From a virus (taxonomy: Duplodnaviria; Caudoviricetes): DNA of 64,000 bases. The position numbers and the translations under genes were made by a program. Positions 1 through 8,856 of this stretch are shown one piece after another (position 1 is the first letter of the stretch; every line of letters begins with the position of its first letter). The notes beneath the pieces are model-generated. The model was not told where the DNA came from. It made no database searches and saw only the letters and a program-made list of their open reading frames with translations. The DNA lies in the IMG/VR virus record IMGVR_UViG_3300045596_000094, positions 1 to 64,000 of that record; one strand, 5' to 3'.

Positions 1-205
1 AACAAAATCGACTCCCACCAAAAAACGCATAAGGATCGGGCATAACAACTACTTTATCATTACACGAGGGGTGTAGTCCTGTATTAACTAAATTGACACG
101 GTACTCACCGTAACGGTCGTGAAGTAAAATGGTAGTAAGCATACCGTTTTTGATATGGGCAATTTCATTAGAGAGAAAAGTTGTTGTTACGTTAAAATTA
201 GACAT
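1..205 (-). CDS. hypothetical protein, runs off window edge
   Basis: ATG at 205 after TAGGA RBS; frame MSNFNVTTTFLSNEIAHIKNG... open to base 1 (manual translation). Confidence 0.7.
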   Translation of the reverse strand, partial: MSNFNVTTTFLSNEIAHIKNGMLTTILLHDRYGEYRVNLVNTGLHPSCNDKVVVMPDPYAFFGGSRFC

Positions 206-217
206 GGTTGATTCCTA

Positions 218-1210
218 TTACTTGTTAGCTTCCGCATATTCGAAAAGATAATGAACAAATTGTTTCATGAAATCTTGCATTTCCTGATTAGGAATATTAC
301 TGCAATCGAATTCAGGCTGATATTCATAAATGCCCCATTTAGCTGCAGATTTCGAATACCAGATATCTACTGAACCAAAGAACCCTGGGAACTCAGGATC
401 TGTAAGTGCGCTTTCAATCTCTGAAAGTATCGGGCACTGGCCCCTAGTAACCACAGTGCTATAACCAACATAATCGACGGGTAAGTCTTCACGATTATAG
501 ATAATACACCGCCCATCAAATCGATATGCTCGAAATTCCACGACATCATCAAAAGGATTGAATTCCTGCACAAGGTAGGGTTGGGTTAGAATATTTTCAG
601 CAGCTTCATCTGCTCTGAACTCGTCTCCTTGAATATACTGTACCTTTAACTTATTCATGAGTTCTTCGACGTAACCAGTTCGGGAAGATTCGTTTTCAGA
701 TAATTCTGATGTGTATTTGTCTTTCGCTACAGACCAAATTTTATTCAAATTATCAATAGGTATAACGTTTGTGTCAACGATAATTAAACCCAATGATCGC
801 GCACCACCGATGGGTTTAAGGATATATTTACCGTTGTTAGATATTGCTCGTGGGATCCCGCCACCTTCAGATGTAGCATACGTTTTCAATTCATGGTAGT
901 TTGCGTACTTCGGGCCTTCTTTATTAAAGAAATACTGATGTAATTCTAAAGCTTGTATTACCTTATTCCGACGATAAAACACAACAGAATTCATGATTTC
1001 ATTATAATAATGTTTCCCTGTGTTTTGTAAATAAACTTCTACTTCCAGATCGCTGTTTACCTGATAAATAGAATCAATAATCGCACGATACGGTGATCCG
1101 AATTCAAGGCGATATTGCTGATCACCAATTTCGAACGAGGGTGGTAGGGTTTTAAAACCGCCAATACTGTTAGAACCAGTAGAGATTGTGAGATGACGAA
1201 TGTTTGACAT
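218..1210 (-). CDS. ATP-grasp (RimK/LysX-like) ligase
   Basis: Motifs in ATP-grasp order: ILKPIGGARSLG, YLVQEF, EFRAY, GSVDI, IYEYQPEF; start moved to MSNIRH (AAGGA RBS) because the ATG at 1240 lies in the terminator tail. Confidence 0.7.
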   Translation of the reverse strand: MSNIRHLTISTGSNSIGGFKTLPPSFEIGDQQYRLEFGSPYRAIIDSIYQVNSDLEVEVYLQNTGKHYYNEIMNSVVFYRRNKVIQALELHQYFFNKEGPKYANYHELKTYATSEGGGIPRAISNNGKYILKPIGGARSLGLIIVDTNVIPIDNLNKIWSVAKDKYTSELSENESSRTGYVEELMNKLKVQYIQGDEFRADEAAENILTQPYLVQEFNPFDDVVEFRAYRFDGRCIIYNREDLPVDYVGYSTVVTRGQCPILSEIESALTDPEFPGFFGSVDIWYSKSAAKWGIYEYQPEFDCSNIPNQEMQDFMKQFVHYLFEYAEANK

Positions 1211-1248
1211 GTAAAAGTCCTTTGGATAAATAATGGGCATAAATGGAA

Positions 1249-1270
1249 TAGAGTCCCCGAAGAGACTCTA
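1249..1270 (-). terminator. hairpin terminator, UUCG loop, followed by TTTATGC
   Basis: Minus strand TAGAGTCTC-TTCG-GGGACTCTA just after the stop at 1275. Confidence 0.75.
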
Positions 1271-1274
1271 GAGA

Positions 1275-1706
1275 TTAAAATACGTAGTTATCGATTTGCT
1301 CAGTGAGTGCGTCATACTCTTCCAGACCTTTATGAATCTTTGGAGTGTTTGTCATGCGGTGATTCGCTTGCTTCATTTTCTCTAACTCTTCAGCAAGCTG
1401 TCCATCTAATTCCTGAACAGTGAGTGAGCTATGGATGCGCTCTACACGAATGAAGCGCGCTAACTTATCTAATTCGCGCACATTTGCTTCTGTAATGTCC
1501 GCAAGAATAGTTTCAGGTTTGGCTTCGAGTAAGTTAGAGATGTCTTCTCGAATATCTTCGATGTCTTGAATTTTATCCAAGTTTTTACGATACAAGTTGT
1601 AATGTTCGGCACCAATCAGTTTGATCAGCGTTGCTTCCACAGCATTGCGGCGTTTTTGTAAACGTTTCTTTCCAACAACGTTTAACAATTGTTCCTTTAA
1701 CATCAC
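1275..1706 (-). CDS. hypothetical helical protein, possible paralog of 1703..2134
   Basis: 143 aa ORF overlapping upstream stop; shares DI..(I/L)RE....L.E.KPE.I pattern. Confidence 0.7.
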   Translation of the reverse strand: MMLKEQLLNVVGKKRLQKRRNAVEATLIKLIGAEHYNLYRKNLDKIQDIEDIREDISNLLEAKPETILADITEANVRELDKLARFIRVERIHSSLTVQELDGQLAEELEKMKQANHRMTNTPKIHKGLEEYDALTEQIDNYVF

Positions 1707-2134
1707 TTTCTCCAGTTTAGAGTTTTCTGTTCGCTGATGAGGCGTAGGTAATATTCACGTTTCTTCATAATGATAATGGTTGTGTTATTACCAAATGGTT
1801 CATTAAGATCTGTGATAAGATTCTTGACATGCTGTTCGGCTAATTCAAGGCGATCACGTAACATATCATTAACAACATTATCGTCACGTAGACCCATCGC
1901 TGCTTGGATATAAGGTGAGCGTTTAAGTTTGACATTTGTTGATTTTACCAAACGAATATCTTCGGGCTTCTCTTCTAAACGGGCAAACCATTCTCTAAGG
2001 ATATCGATGTCGTACTGTTCGATCATGAACTCAAGACATTTCTGACCGTCTTTGAAAATACATTCGAGTTCCTGATAGGTCTTTGGAATCTGCTTTTCTA
2101 GATTCTTCATACGACTTTCTTGGATCGTAGTCAT
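1703..2134 (-). CDS. hypothetical protein
   Basis: 143 aa ORF, GAGG RBS. Confidence 0.75.
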   Translation of the reverse strand: MTTIQESRMKNLEKQIPKTYQELECIFKDGQKCLEFMIEQYDIDILREWFARLEEKPEDIRLVKSTNVKLKRSPYIQAAMGLRDDNVVNDMLRDRLELAEQHVKNLITDLNEPFGNNTTIIIMKKREYYLRLISEQKTLNWRK

Positions 2135-2201
2135 AAAACTACCTCTGATTAATTTAAAGGAAACCTATACATATACCTAGATTCATAGAAATATTCGAGG
2201 A

Positions 2202-2660
2202 TTAAAGAACAACATCGAATCCAATTGCTAATGTTTGATCGGTAATGACTTTAGGTATATTCCCATTCTTATCAACAGGTTTCTGCACACCTGTTCTTAG
2301 TGATACGGTGCAGTGATTTAGTTTAATAACTTTACGTCCAACACGACCAGTTGTAGGTGTTTCGTAAAGGCTAGCCCCTGTGATAGTTCTACCTATATAT
2401 GCCATTAAATTTGGTTCTGATACAGGATCAGTTACTTTAGGTACCTTCTGTGCATCATCATTACTCCACCGACCCACATCAACCTTTGTTTGACCTACAG
2501 AAGAAAAACATTTAACATTTGTAATGTTTCCGAATACAGAAGCCAGACTTACTTTACGAGATCTAGCAACGCCAGCTAAAGTAACCACCACATCATTTTG
2601 TTTCATTTCAACAAACTGAATAATGCTATCTTTAAATATTTTATTTACATCGTTACTCAT
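2202..2660 (-). CDS. hypothetical protein
   Basis: 152 aa ORF, AGGA RBS. Confidence 0.75.
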   Translation of the reverse strand: MSNDVNKIFKDSIIQFVEMKQNDVVVTLAGVARSRKVSLASVFGNITNVKCFSSVGQTKVDVGRWSNDDAQKVPKVTDPVSEPNLMAYIGRTITGASLYETPTTGRVGRKVIKLNHCTVSLRTGVQKPVDKNGNIPKVITDQTLAIGFDVVL

Positions 2661-2701
2661 GGGTTAGTTTCCTATAATGTTAGTGAATAAAATTTTCACG
2701 G

Positions 2702-4009
2702 CTATGCTGCTTGACTATAGTCTTTGAGCTTTTTGATATTTTGAGTTTTGTCTAGAGATTTCTGGACAGCCTCAATAGTTTCGGCTTTCTTTAAGCGGTG
2801 TAAACCAGCAGCCGGTATTTTACCAAATACTGGGGATTTAATTAATACTTCAGTGCGAGGATCTTCAGCACTCCAACCCAAATATTCAAGAGTTTCTGCA
2901 CCATCCAAATACTCTAATGCAATATGATTATCAATCCGTCCTTCTCGATAGATACTTTCATGAAGTTTCTCTGGAAAGTTTGTTGTTAAAATCACCACAG
3001 CCTTATGTAGTGGCTGAATACCATCAAGACCATTTAGTAATTCAGATAAGCTTCCTCGCTCACCACTATCAACCAAAACAATATCACCATATTCATTTTC
3101 GGTTTCGATTTTTGAAGACACAGTACCACTACTACCCCGACAGAAATTCGAATTAGAATCAATATCTTCAATCAAGAAAATGGTACCGTTATTTTCCAGT
3201 GCAACGTTGCGTAGACGATGAAAATCCTGTTTACAGAGTATGCCGGGTTTAAGAATAACAACATCCATCTGATAAAGCGAGGCAATGTGTCTTACAAGGT
3301 TAGTTTTTCCTGTTCCTGGAGGACCATATAGAAGAATACTTTCCTTAAAAGTAAGTTCATTTTTAAAGTAGAAATCTTCACCTTGTTGAAATTTATCAAA
3401 AACCGTTCTGATTTCGCTATAACTTTCTTTAGAAATCAACTGTCGTTGTGTTGCGAAGAAATCAGGAAGACCGGTCATCGTACCATTATCAAGTACGACC
3501 GGTTTGTAGACTTCAATAGATTTAAAACTTTCTTCAATAAGTGGTTCTAGTAAATGACGATTCCATCTGAACGCTGTAATGGTGAAGGTACCTGTCAATA
3601 AATTTTGTTGACCTCTGGATTCCCGACGCGTCATTGTTAAGAAGAAAATTGAACCGCCGAATCTAAATACCTGTGATCCAGAACCAGTAACCAAAGTCCA
3701 TTGTTTGAGCGCTCTACCATTGAGCCAAAACTCTGAACGGGCAACCTCGAATGTTCTCGATAACCATTCAATTCGATGACTAACTAACCAGTTATTGAAA
3801 TTAGTAAATCCTTCACCAGAGATGTTATCGGCTTCATCGATTGTCATGGTGATGAAAAGAATATTTTTCAAATGCGCATTCAAGAAACCAAATATTTTAG
3901 GCATCCATAAAGCCAAAGGAACGAGTAAGGTCGCAAAGATAAATTGATATTTAGAAATGGTATCACCGTAACCAGAGAGCCAGGTGGAAAGATTGTTTAG
4001 GAAGTCCAT
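2702..4009 (-). CDS. BCS1-like membrane-anchored AAA+ ATPase
   Basis: N-terminal TM helix, BCS1_N-like beta domain, Walker A GPPGTGKT, Walker B IFLIEDID, LSELLNGLDG, TTNFPEKL..SIYREGRID. Confidence 0.85.
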   Translation of the reverse strand: MDFLNNLSTWLSGYGDTISKYQFIFATLLVPLALWMPKIFGFLNAHLKNILFITMTIDEADNISGEGFTNFNNWLVSHRIEWLSRTFEVARSEFWLNGRALKQWTLVTGSGSQVFRFGGSIFFLTMTRRESRGQQNLLTGTFTITAFRWNRHLLEPLIEESFKSIEVYKPVVLDNGTMTGLPDFFATQRQLISKESYSEIRTVFDKFQQGEDFYFKNELTFKESILLYGPPGTGKTNLVRHIASLYQMDVVILKPGILCKQDFHRLRNVALENNGTIFLIEDIDSNSNFCRGSSGTVSSKIETENEYGDIVLVDSGERGSLSELLNGLDGIQPLHKAVVILTTNFPEKLHESIYREGRIDNHIALEYLDGAETLEYLGWSAEDPRTEVLIKSPVFGKIPAAGLHRLKKAETIEAVQKSLDKTQNIKKLKDYSQAA

Positions 4010-4031
4010 AATTACCTCTTAGATATAAGGG

Positions 4032-4087
4032 GAAGAGAAGCCTGAGCCTCTCTTCTATTCAAGATAATAATGTATATTTGAAAATGG
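4032..4087 (-). promoter_or_regulatory. putative early promoter TATACATTATTATCTTGAA with downstream 5'-leader hairpin
   Basis: Copy of a six-fold repeated intergenic motif; hairpin GAAGAGAGGC-TCAG-GCTTCTCTTC lies between motif and RBS. Confidence 0.7.
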
Positions 4088-4088
4088 T

Positions 4089-4583
4089 TTAGATCATTTT
4101 AGAGACGAAGGTAAATTCAACATTAATTGGGACTTCACTCAAAACGTAATCATCCGTAATAAGGTATACTGTAGCGGTTGTTTTATTACGCACCTGAACG
4201 ATCCGTTGAACACATCGAAGAATAGTTACCGGCGTATTATTTCGCACACCGGATAAAGGCCCATGCGTTAAGAAAGTACGTTCCCAATAATCTTCGCATT
4301 CAGTTTCTTGAGATTCGAAAATTGAAACGGGGGTTGCTTCTTCGATCACTCGTTTTTCTAATTGCCCTACAGGATACACTGGCGTAAATTTTTTACCGTC
4401 TGCCACCAAATGGTGCGCAAAATATGTTAGATCCTTATTTTGGCTTTTCTGATAGAATATTGAGGTGGGTTCCACATCTATTTCTTTTGGTAAAGAGGAA
4501 ATAAATTCGGGAGTCAGTGCCATGTCATTCGTTGGTGAGATTACATCTGGTGTGGGTGAGACTGGTGATTTATACGTACGCAT
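4089..4583 (-). CDS. hypothetical protein
   Basis: 164 aa ORF. Confidence 0.7.
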   Translation of the reverse strand: MRTYKSPVSPTPDVISPTNDMALTPEFISSLPKEIDVEPTSIFYQKSQNKDLTYFAHHLVADGKKFTPVYPVGQLEKRVIEEATPVSIFESQETECEDYWERTFLTHGPLSGVRNNTPVTILRCVQRIVQVRNKTTATVYLITDDYVLSEVPINVEFTFVSKMI

Positions 4584-4643
4584 GTTTAAGATTTCTCAGT
4601 TATGTTCATATTACGTTTTATGGTATTAATTTTTAACGGCATA

Positions 4644-4667
4644 GATAGAGTCCCGAAGGACTCTATC
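4644..4667 (-). terminator. hairpin terminator, UUCG loop, followed by TATGC
   Basis: GATAGAGTCC-TTCG-GGACTCTATC. Confidence 0.8.
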
Positions 4668-4671
4668 GGTA

Positions 4672-5586
4672 TTATGAGGTAAGGTTGCTGATATAGCGAT
4701 GGATATAGTTGAGTACTGTATCTTTCGATACATTAGTGATTTTGGCAAGACGATACGGGGTCAGTGGTTTAAGAATCGCAAGCTTTCCAGAGGTTAATAC
4801 CGTGTCTTTATTGGCTACAATATAAAGATCATCCCGCCATTCAATAATGTTGAAGAATACATCACCCATGCTTTCAAGCGGTGGGATATTTAGTCTATGG
4901 CCTCTTGGGGCATCCTTATTGAATAAAAGTTCGTTTCCGGATAATGTTAGTTTTTCATGAGAACCAGATGTCAACGTACATGACAACACACCGTCGGAAA
5001 GTTCTGCGGGTACTCGAGCCTGTACAGTCGGGAATACAAAAACAAGATCCTTTAACAACTCCGCCCTTTCTTTCATTATCTCGGCAACAAAGAATGTAAA
5101 CCTTGTCAATGATTCGGCTACAAGGAGATAGTTCCCCCCATATCGCAGAACCATCGCACGCGACTGTATGTGGTGTCTCGCTATAAAGTCAGTAACTGCT
5201 AAAGGGATGTCAAGGTCTTTTAGGATAGTAGCCGGAAGCTTTCCGCGCACTGAGCCGTCATTATAATTGATAGCTAAATTTTTAAATATACCATCATCTA
5301 ACAACGCATAGCTAAATGCTTTGGGTTCTGCTACGTAGGCTTGAACAGTTCCAGGATCAACACCAATATTTACCTTGAATGAGGCTATCGTTTTCCCATC
5401 GCTATTCATTAGAAAAGCCGCAACAGGAATCCCAACCCGCATAATTGGATTCAATTCCTGCCCGATTATCGCATGAGGTCTAGGGGTTCTTTCAAAGGTA
5501 ACTGGTGTATTGGGGGGTATCGGGATAATTGTGAATTTATTATCATCGACTTGAGAATTCATAATTTTCAAAAAAGATTGTGACAT
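4672..5586 (-). CDS. hypothetical protein
   Basis: Long ORF; likely start MSQSFLK (AGGA RBS) downstream of hairpin 5620-5651. Confidence 0.75.
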   Translation of the reverse strand: MSQSFLKIMNSQVDDNKFTIIPIPPNTPVTFERTPRPHAIIGQELNPIMRVGIPVAAFLMNSDGKTIASFKVNIGVDPGTVQAYVAEPKAFSYALLDDGIFKNLAINYNDGSVRGKLPATILKDLDIPLAVTDFIARHHIQSRAMVLRYGGNYLLVAESLTRFTFFVAEIMKERAELLKDLVFVFPTVQARVPAELSDGVLSCTLTSGSHEKLTLSGNELLFNKDAPRGHRLNIPPLESMGDVFFNIIEWRDDLYIVANKDTVLTSGKLAILKPLTPYRLAKITNVSKDTVLNYIHRYISNLTS

Positions 5587-5619
5587 TGTATTTGTCCTAG
5601 TGCGTAATGAGTTGTGGTT

Positions 5620-5651
5620 TATACGAGAGGGGTCGAAACCCCTCTCGTATA
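5620..5651 (-). other. stable UUCG hairpin (terminator or 5'-leader)
   Basis: TATACGAGAGGGGT-TTCG-ACCCCTCTCGTATA between the nrdB-like gene and the next gene. Confidence 0.6.
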
Positions 5652-5680
5652 TCAATGGGTTTGTAATTGGAAAATTTGGA

Positions 5681-7024
5681 TTAGTCACCAAAGTCTAACC
5701 CACCACTACCTGCAGTGGAGGTAATGGTCACATCGTGATTTGTAGATGTTGCCAATGCCTTAGAATCTAAGTATTCAATGAACCAAGCACCATCTTTAAT
5801 TGGTGAAGCTGGTACTAGGGAAGCAAGTACTTTGGTTAAATAACGATTCTTCAGATAACCCAAAATACTACTGAGTTCTTTATAATCATTTTCATCCACA
5901 GCTAATGTACTGACAAAATCTAACTCGTAGTTAATTAACTGATCGAAAGCTTCATTGATATCACGTACATATTGATCAGTAAGAACCCCTGGGTTTTCGC
6001 TAATCGCTGTACTGATAAAGTTTACACTGAAGTCCAATTGACGATTTAAATCACGTAGAACATATTCCGCATTCTTAGCGAAACCTTCTAAACCCGATTT
6101 CTTTGCCAACTTCACAATTTGAAACCAGTTAGTGATTTGAGATAAGTATTTCACACCACCAAAGAATACAACTAAGTTCTTTAAGAACTCACGTGTGTTG
6201 TCTAATCCTTTTGTTGACATATTCGGATCAAATAAAGGAGAGGTGTATTTGACTAAGAACAAATTACGTGCTTTAAATGTATCCTCATCCACTTTAAGAG
6301 AGGTTTTCAATAAACCACCACCAGGAACAACTTCAGCACCTAAATTAAAGGTCTCTTCCCAATGACGCATGGTGTGATTTAAGCAACATTCTTCAAACGC
6401 TAAACGTAAAACATACTGACGACATTCAGGGTTGGTGATGTGACGATATAAATGCATCAATAAGTCAGTAGGATAGATGTATTTACCATACATGTAGCTG
6501 ACAACAGTACGCATGATGATCTTCTTACTAGAAGTTTCTAAACCTTTATAGATTTTCTCATCATTTAGCCAGTTGATTTCAGTTGGCATCCAGTGTTTGT
6601 CGCATGAGGTCAAATAAGCTGACCAAGCCCAACCATATTTAAAAGGGATCAACTGATTTAAGTCGGTTGAACAGTTCAATAAGAACTTGTCTTTCACTTT
6701 TAAACGACCGCCAGTACCCACAATGTTAGGAACTTCTGCAATAGAGTCCTGAATACGTTTCATTAACGCTTCATTAAGTAAACCTAATCCTGCTGGGTTG
6801 GAAACCTGAGCACTAGCCATGATTGTAAGATCATCAGCTTTAGAAATCTGATCAACTTTATGATCTTTATTGGCTTTACGCTCAGCAATCGCCATTTCTT
6901 GTTCACGGAATTCTTCTTCCGCCGCTGAAGTATCAAGGTTTTTAATTGAATCGGCAGCTTTCTTTACAAGAGCTGGGTTTTCTGCTGAATCTTCTAAATC
7001 GTCCCAAGAAAGAATTGATGACAT
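5681..7024 (-). CDS. nrdB: class Ia ribonucleotide reductase beta-subunit homolog, predicted catalytically inactive
   Basis: LNC.TDLNQLIPFKY.WAW..Y...C..HWMP.E and ITNPECRQY.LR.AFEE match Pseudomonas/Acinetobacter-type NrdB; metal ligands and radical Tyr replaced. Confidence 0.85.
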   Translation of the reverse strand: MSSILSWDDLEDSAENPALVKKAADSIKNLDTSAAEEEFREQEMAIAERKANKDHKVDQISKADDLTIMASAQVSNPAGLGLLNEALMKRIQDSIAEVPNIVGTGGRLKVKDKFLLNCSTDLNQLIPFKYGWAWSAYLTSCDKHWMPTEINWLNDEKIYKGLETSSKKIIMRTVVSYMYGKYIYPTDLLMHLYRHITNPECRQYVLRLAFEECCLNHTMRHWEETFNLGAEVVPGGGLLKTSLKVDEDTFKARNLFLVKYTSPLFDPNMSTKGLDNTREFLKNLVVFFGGVKYLSQITNWFQIVKLAKKSGLEGFAKNAEYVLRDLNRQLDFSVNFISTAISENPGVLTDQYVRDINEAFDQLINYELDFVSTLAVDENDYKELSSILGYLKNRYLTKVLASLVPASPIKDGAWFIEYLDSKALATSTNHDVTITSTAGSGGLDFGD

Positions 7025-7025
7025 G

Positions 7026-7349
7026 TTAAATGTTTCCTGACGTTGTGTTTTCAATGCGAATATTAATGTAGAGATCTGCTAAGATATCTCTATTTCGAAT
7101 TTCATTACGGAGTGCGAATTTACGGAAGCCATATAAAGGAATGATTTTCATTGCCTCACTATAGCCATAACAACGCTCTGCGCCACATGGTTGTTTTCGG
7201 CAATCGCGAAGCCATAGCTTTTCGTAACGATGAATCTTACTGACGTAAAGAAATTCTTGAATGAGTTGATCGTCCGACAGTGAACTTACAGGCGAGAACT
7301 CTTTATTGAGTAAAGGGACAAAATCCCCATATTTAATTTTGACTGACAT
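7026..7349 (-). CDS. hypothetical protein
   Basis: 107 aa ORF tightly packed in operon. Confidence 0.65.
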   Translation of the reverse strand: MSVKIKYGDFVPLLNKEFSPVSSLSDDQLIQEFLYVSKIHRYEKLWLRDCRKQPCGAERCYGYSEAMKIIPLYGFRKFALRNEIRNRDILADLYINIRIENTTSGNI

Positions 7350-7352
7350 TAT

Positions 7353-7706
7353 TTAACCAAAATATTTACGAGCATCAGTTTCGTTATCATAAATACGACA
7401 ACCCCAAATAGCACAATAACCATCATGCCAACTAGCCAATTGTTTTTGATCTGTTGGATGTTTTTCATCCAGATACTGCTGTACTGCTTCTGCATAACTA
7501 AAAGCATCGTAGCTCCCTAGAAAGCGGGCGGTAGCAAAATTACCAGTTGCTTGGTAACCCTCCATCCATAAATCCCATGTTAATGGGTGTCGTTCGTGTG
7601 GGGTAAGGTTTACAGGGAAAACCTCGGGTTTATCTTTGATTCCCGACCATGGATTGTTTAACATTTCAACTAAACGATGAGTTTTAGTTTTGCGGTGATT
7701 TGACAT
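7353..7706 (-). CDS. hypothetical protein
   Basis: Likely start MSNHRK; Trp-rich motifs WMEGY.ATG and WGCRIYDNE.DARK.FG. Confidence 0.7.
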   Translation of the reverse strand: MSNHRKTKTHRLVEMLNNPWSGIKDKPEVFPVNLTPHERHPLTWDLWMEGYQATGNFATARFLGSYDAFSYAEAVQQYLDEKHPTDQKQLASWHDGYCAIWGCRIYDNETDARKYFG

Positions 7707-8067
7707 ACGATTCCCTTTTATATCGTCGAAGTAATACTCTACGTATAACAGTACAGTGGCAATTGTGATCATGTTGTTTTGGATCGAGTTCGTCCATACA
7801 CCAACAACCCAAATATATCGTATCAGTATTGATTGCTGTTTCGTAAATTTGATTTAGATATTCTCTCGCTTTAAAGTCTTCGTTATAAAGTCGTTTAAAG
7901 TCTTGATCAAAATAATCCACAGCGGCATCCACTGTGGCTACTTTTATATCTGCTTTAGATTTATCTAAATGTGAAGCAGGATTACCTAATACCGTCGATC
8001 GATCCACTTTAAAGAGTGGTGCTACTGAAAGCCCACTCCTTTTCAAATGAACAATAATGATATTCAT
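7684..8067 (-). CDS. DUF4326-like protein
   Basis: VDR.T.LGNP ... LGCWC ... CHC.VI motif set. Confidence 0.7.
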   Translation of the reverse strand: MNIIIVHLKRSGLSVAPLFKVDRSTVLGNPASHLDKSKADIKVATVDAAVDYFDQDFKRLYNEDFKAREYLNQIYETAINTDTIYLGCWCMDELDPKQHDHNCHCTVIRRVLLRRYKRESYVKSPQN

Positions 8068-8747
8068 TTTTCTTCAGGGGTTTCCGGAAACCCTTTAATC
8101 ACCGAACGTATATCTTTTGTCAACACACCAAATAGCATTCGCAATGAGTTATAGTACGCATTATGATGTATCTGGGTCTGCATCGCGTGAGCGTATGCTT
8201 CCATGATTGGGGTATATGAATTGAGAACTCTATCGGCGTACACATCTTGTTCTTTGTCTGCCCGCAGTAGTCGGCTACGAAGATCTATATAGTCTTCCAC
8301 CCACGACATATCAATCGCAAGTATATACGTGGGTTTCATTCCCAGTTGCAGGACAGTCACATGCGCGCCTGTTTTACGCAATTTACTTAACAACTTGATA
8401 TTGTCCTCAAAACAAAGGTCAATGCTTTTATAACTTGGGTCAACCAACAACACCACATGTTTTTCGTTGAAATTATGGTGATCGATTACCCAAGTGTTAA
8501 CGGAGGTGATAGTTACATTCTGGTTTGAATTGGAGGTTTCTGTTTTAGGTAACCCATGGAGGCAATCTGTTACAGGATTGAAGAAAGTGAGTTCGGGGGC
8601 GTCTTCATTTGTGTTCTTAGAGAAACAAAGTTTTTCAGCACGTGCTAATTCTTGATTTAGCTCATCATCGGATACCGGTAGAACAGCATAGTTTTGACGA
8701 ATAATGAAATCTACGCGGGCTGGGTTTAGGGTTTTGGTTAATAACAT
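8064..8747 (-). CDS. hypothetical protein
   Basis: 227 aa ORF, AGGA RBS, ATGA overlap with next gene. Confidence 0.75.
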   Translation of the reverse strand: MLLTKTLNPARVDFIIRQNYAVLPVSDDELNQELARAEKLCFSKNTNEDAPELTFFNPVTDCLHGLPKTETSNSNQNVTITSVNTWVIDHHNFNEKHVVLLVDPSYKSIDLCFEDNIKLLSKLRKTGAHVTVLQLGMKPTYILAIDMSWVEDYIDLRSRLLRADKEQDVYADRVLNSYTPIMEAYAHAMQTQIHHNAYYNSLRMLFGVLTKDIRSVIKGFPETPEEK

Positions 8748-8856
8748 TCGTAAGTCCTAGTGAGTAATAAGATGATTTGTAGTTACATAGTTTCTATTAT
8801 GCTGTAAAATAATAATCGATAATATGATTCGTTGTCTTATTACAGAGTAGATTAAA

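Noticed and set aside
5681-7024. Metal-free class Ie RNR beta subunit
   Set aside because: Class Ie keeps the DOPA-forming Tyr and the His residues; these are lost here
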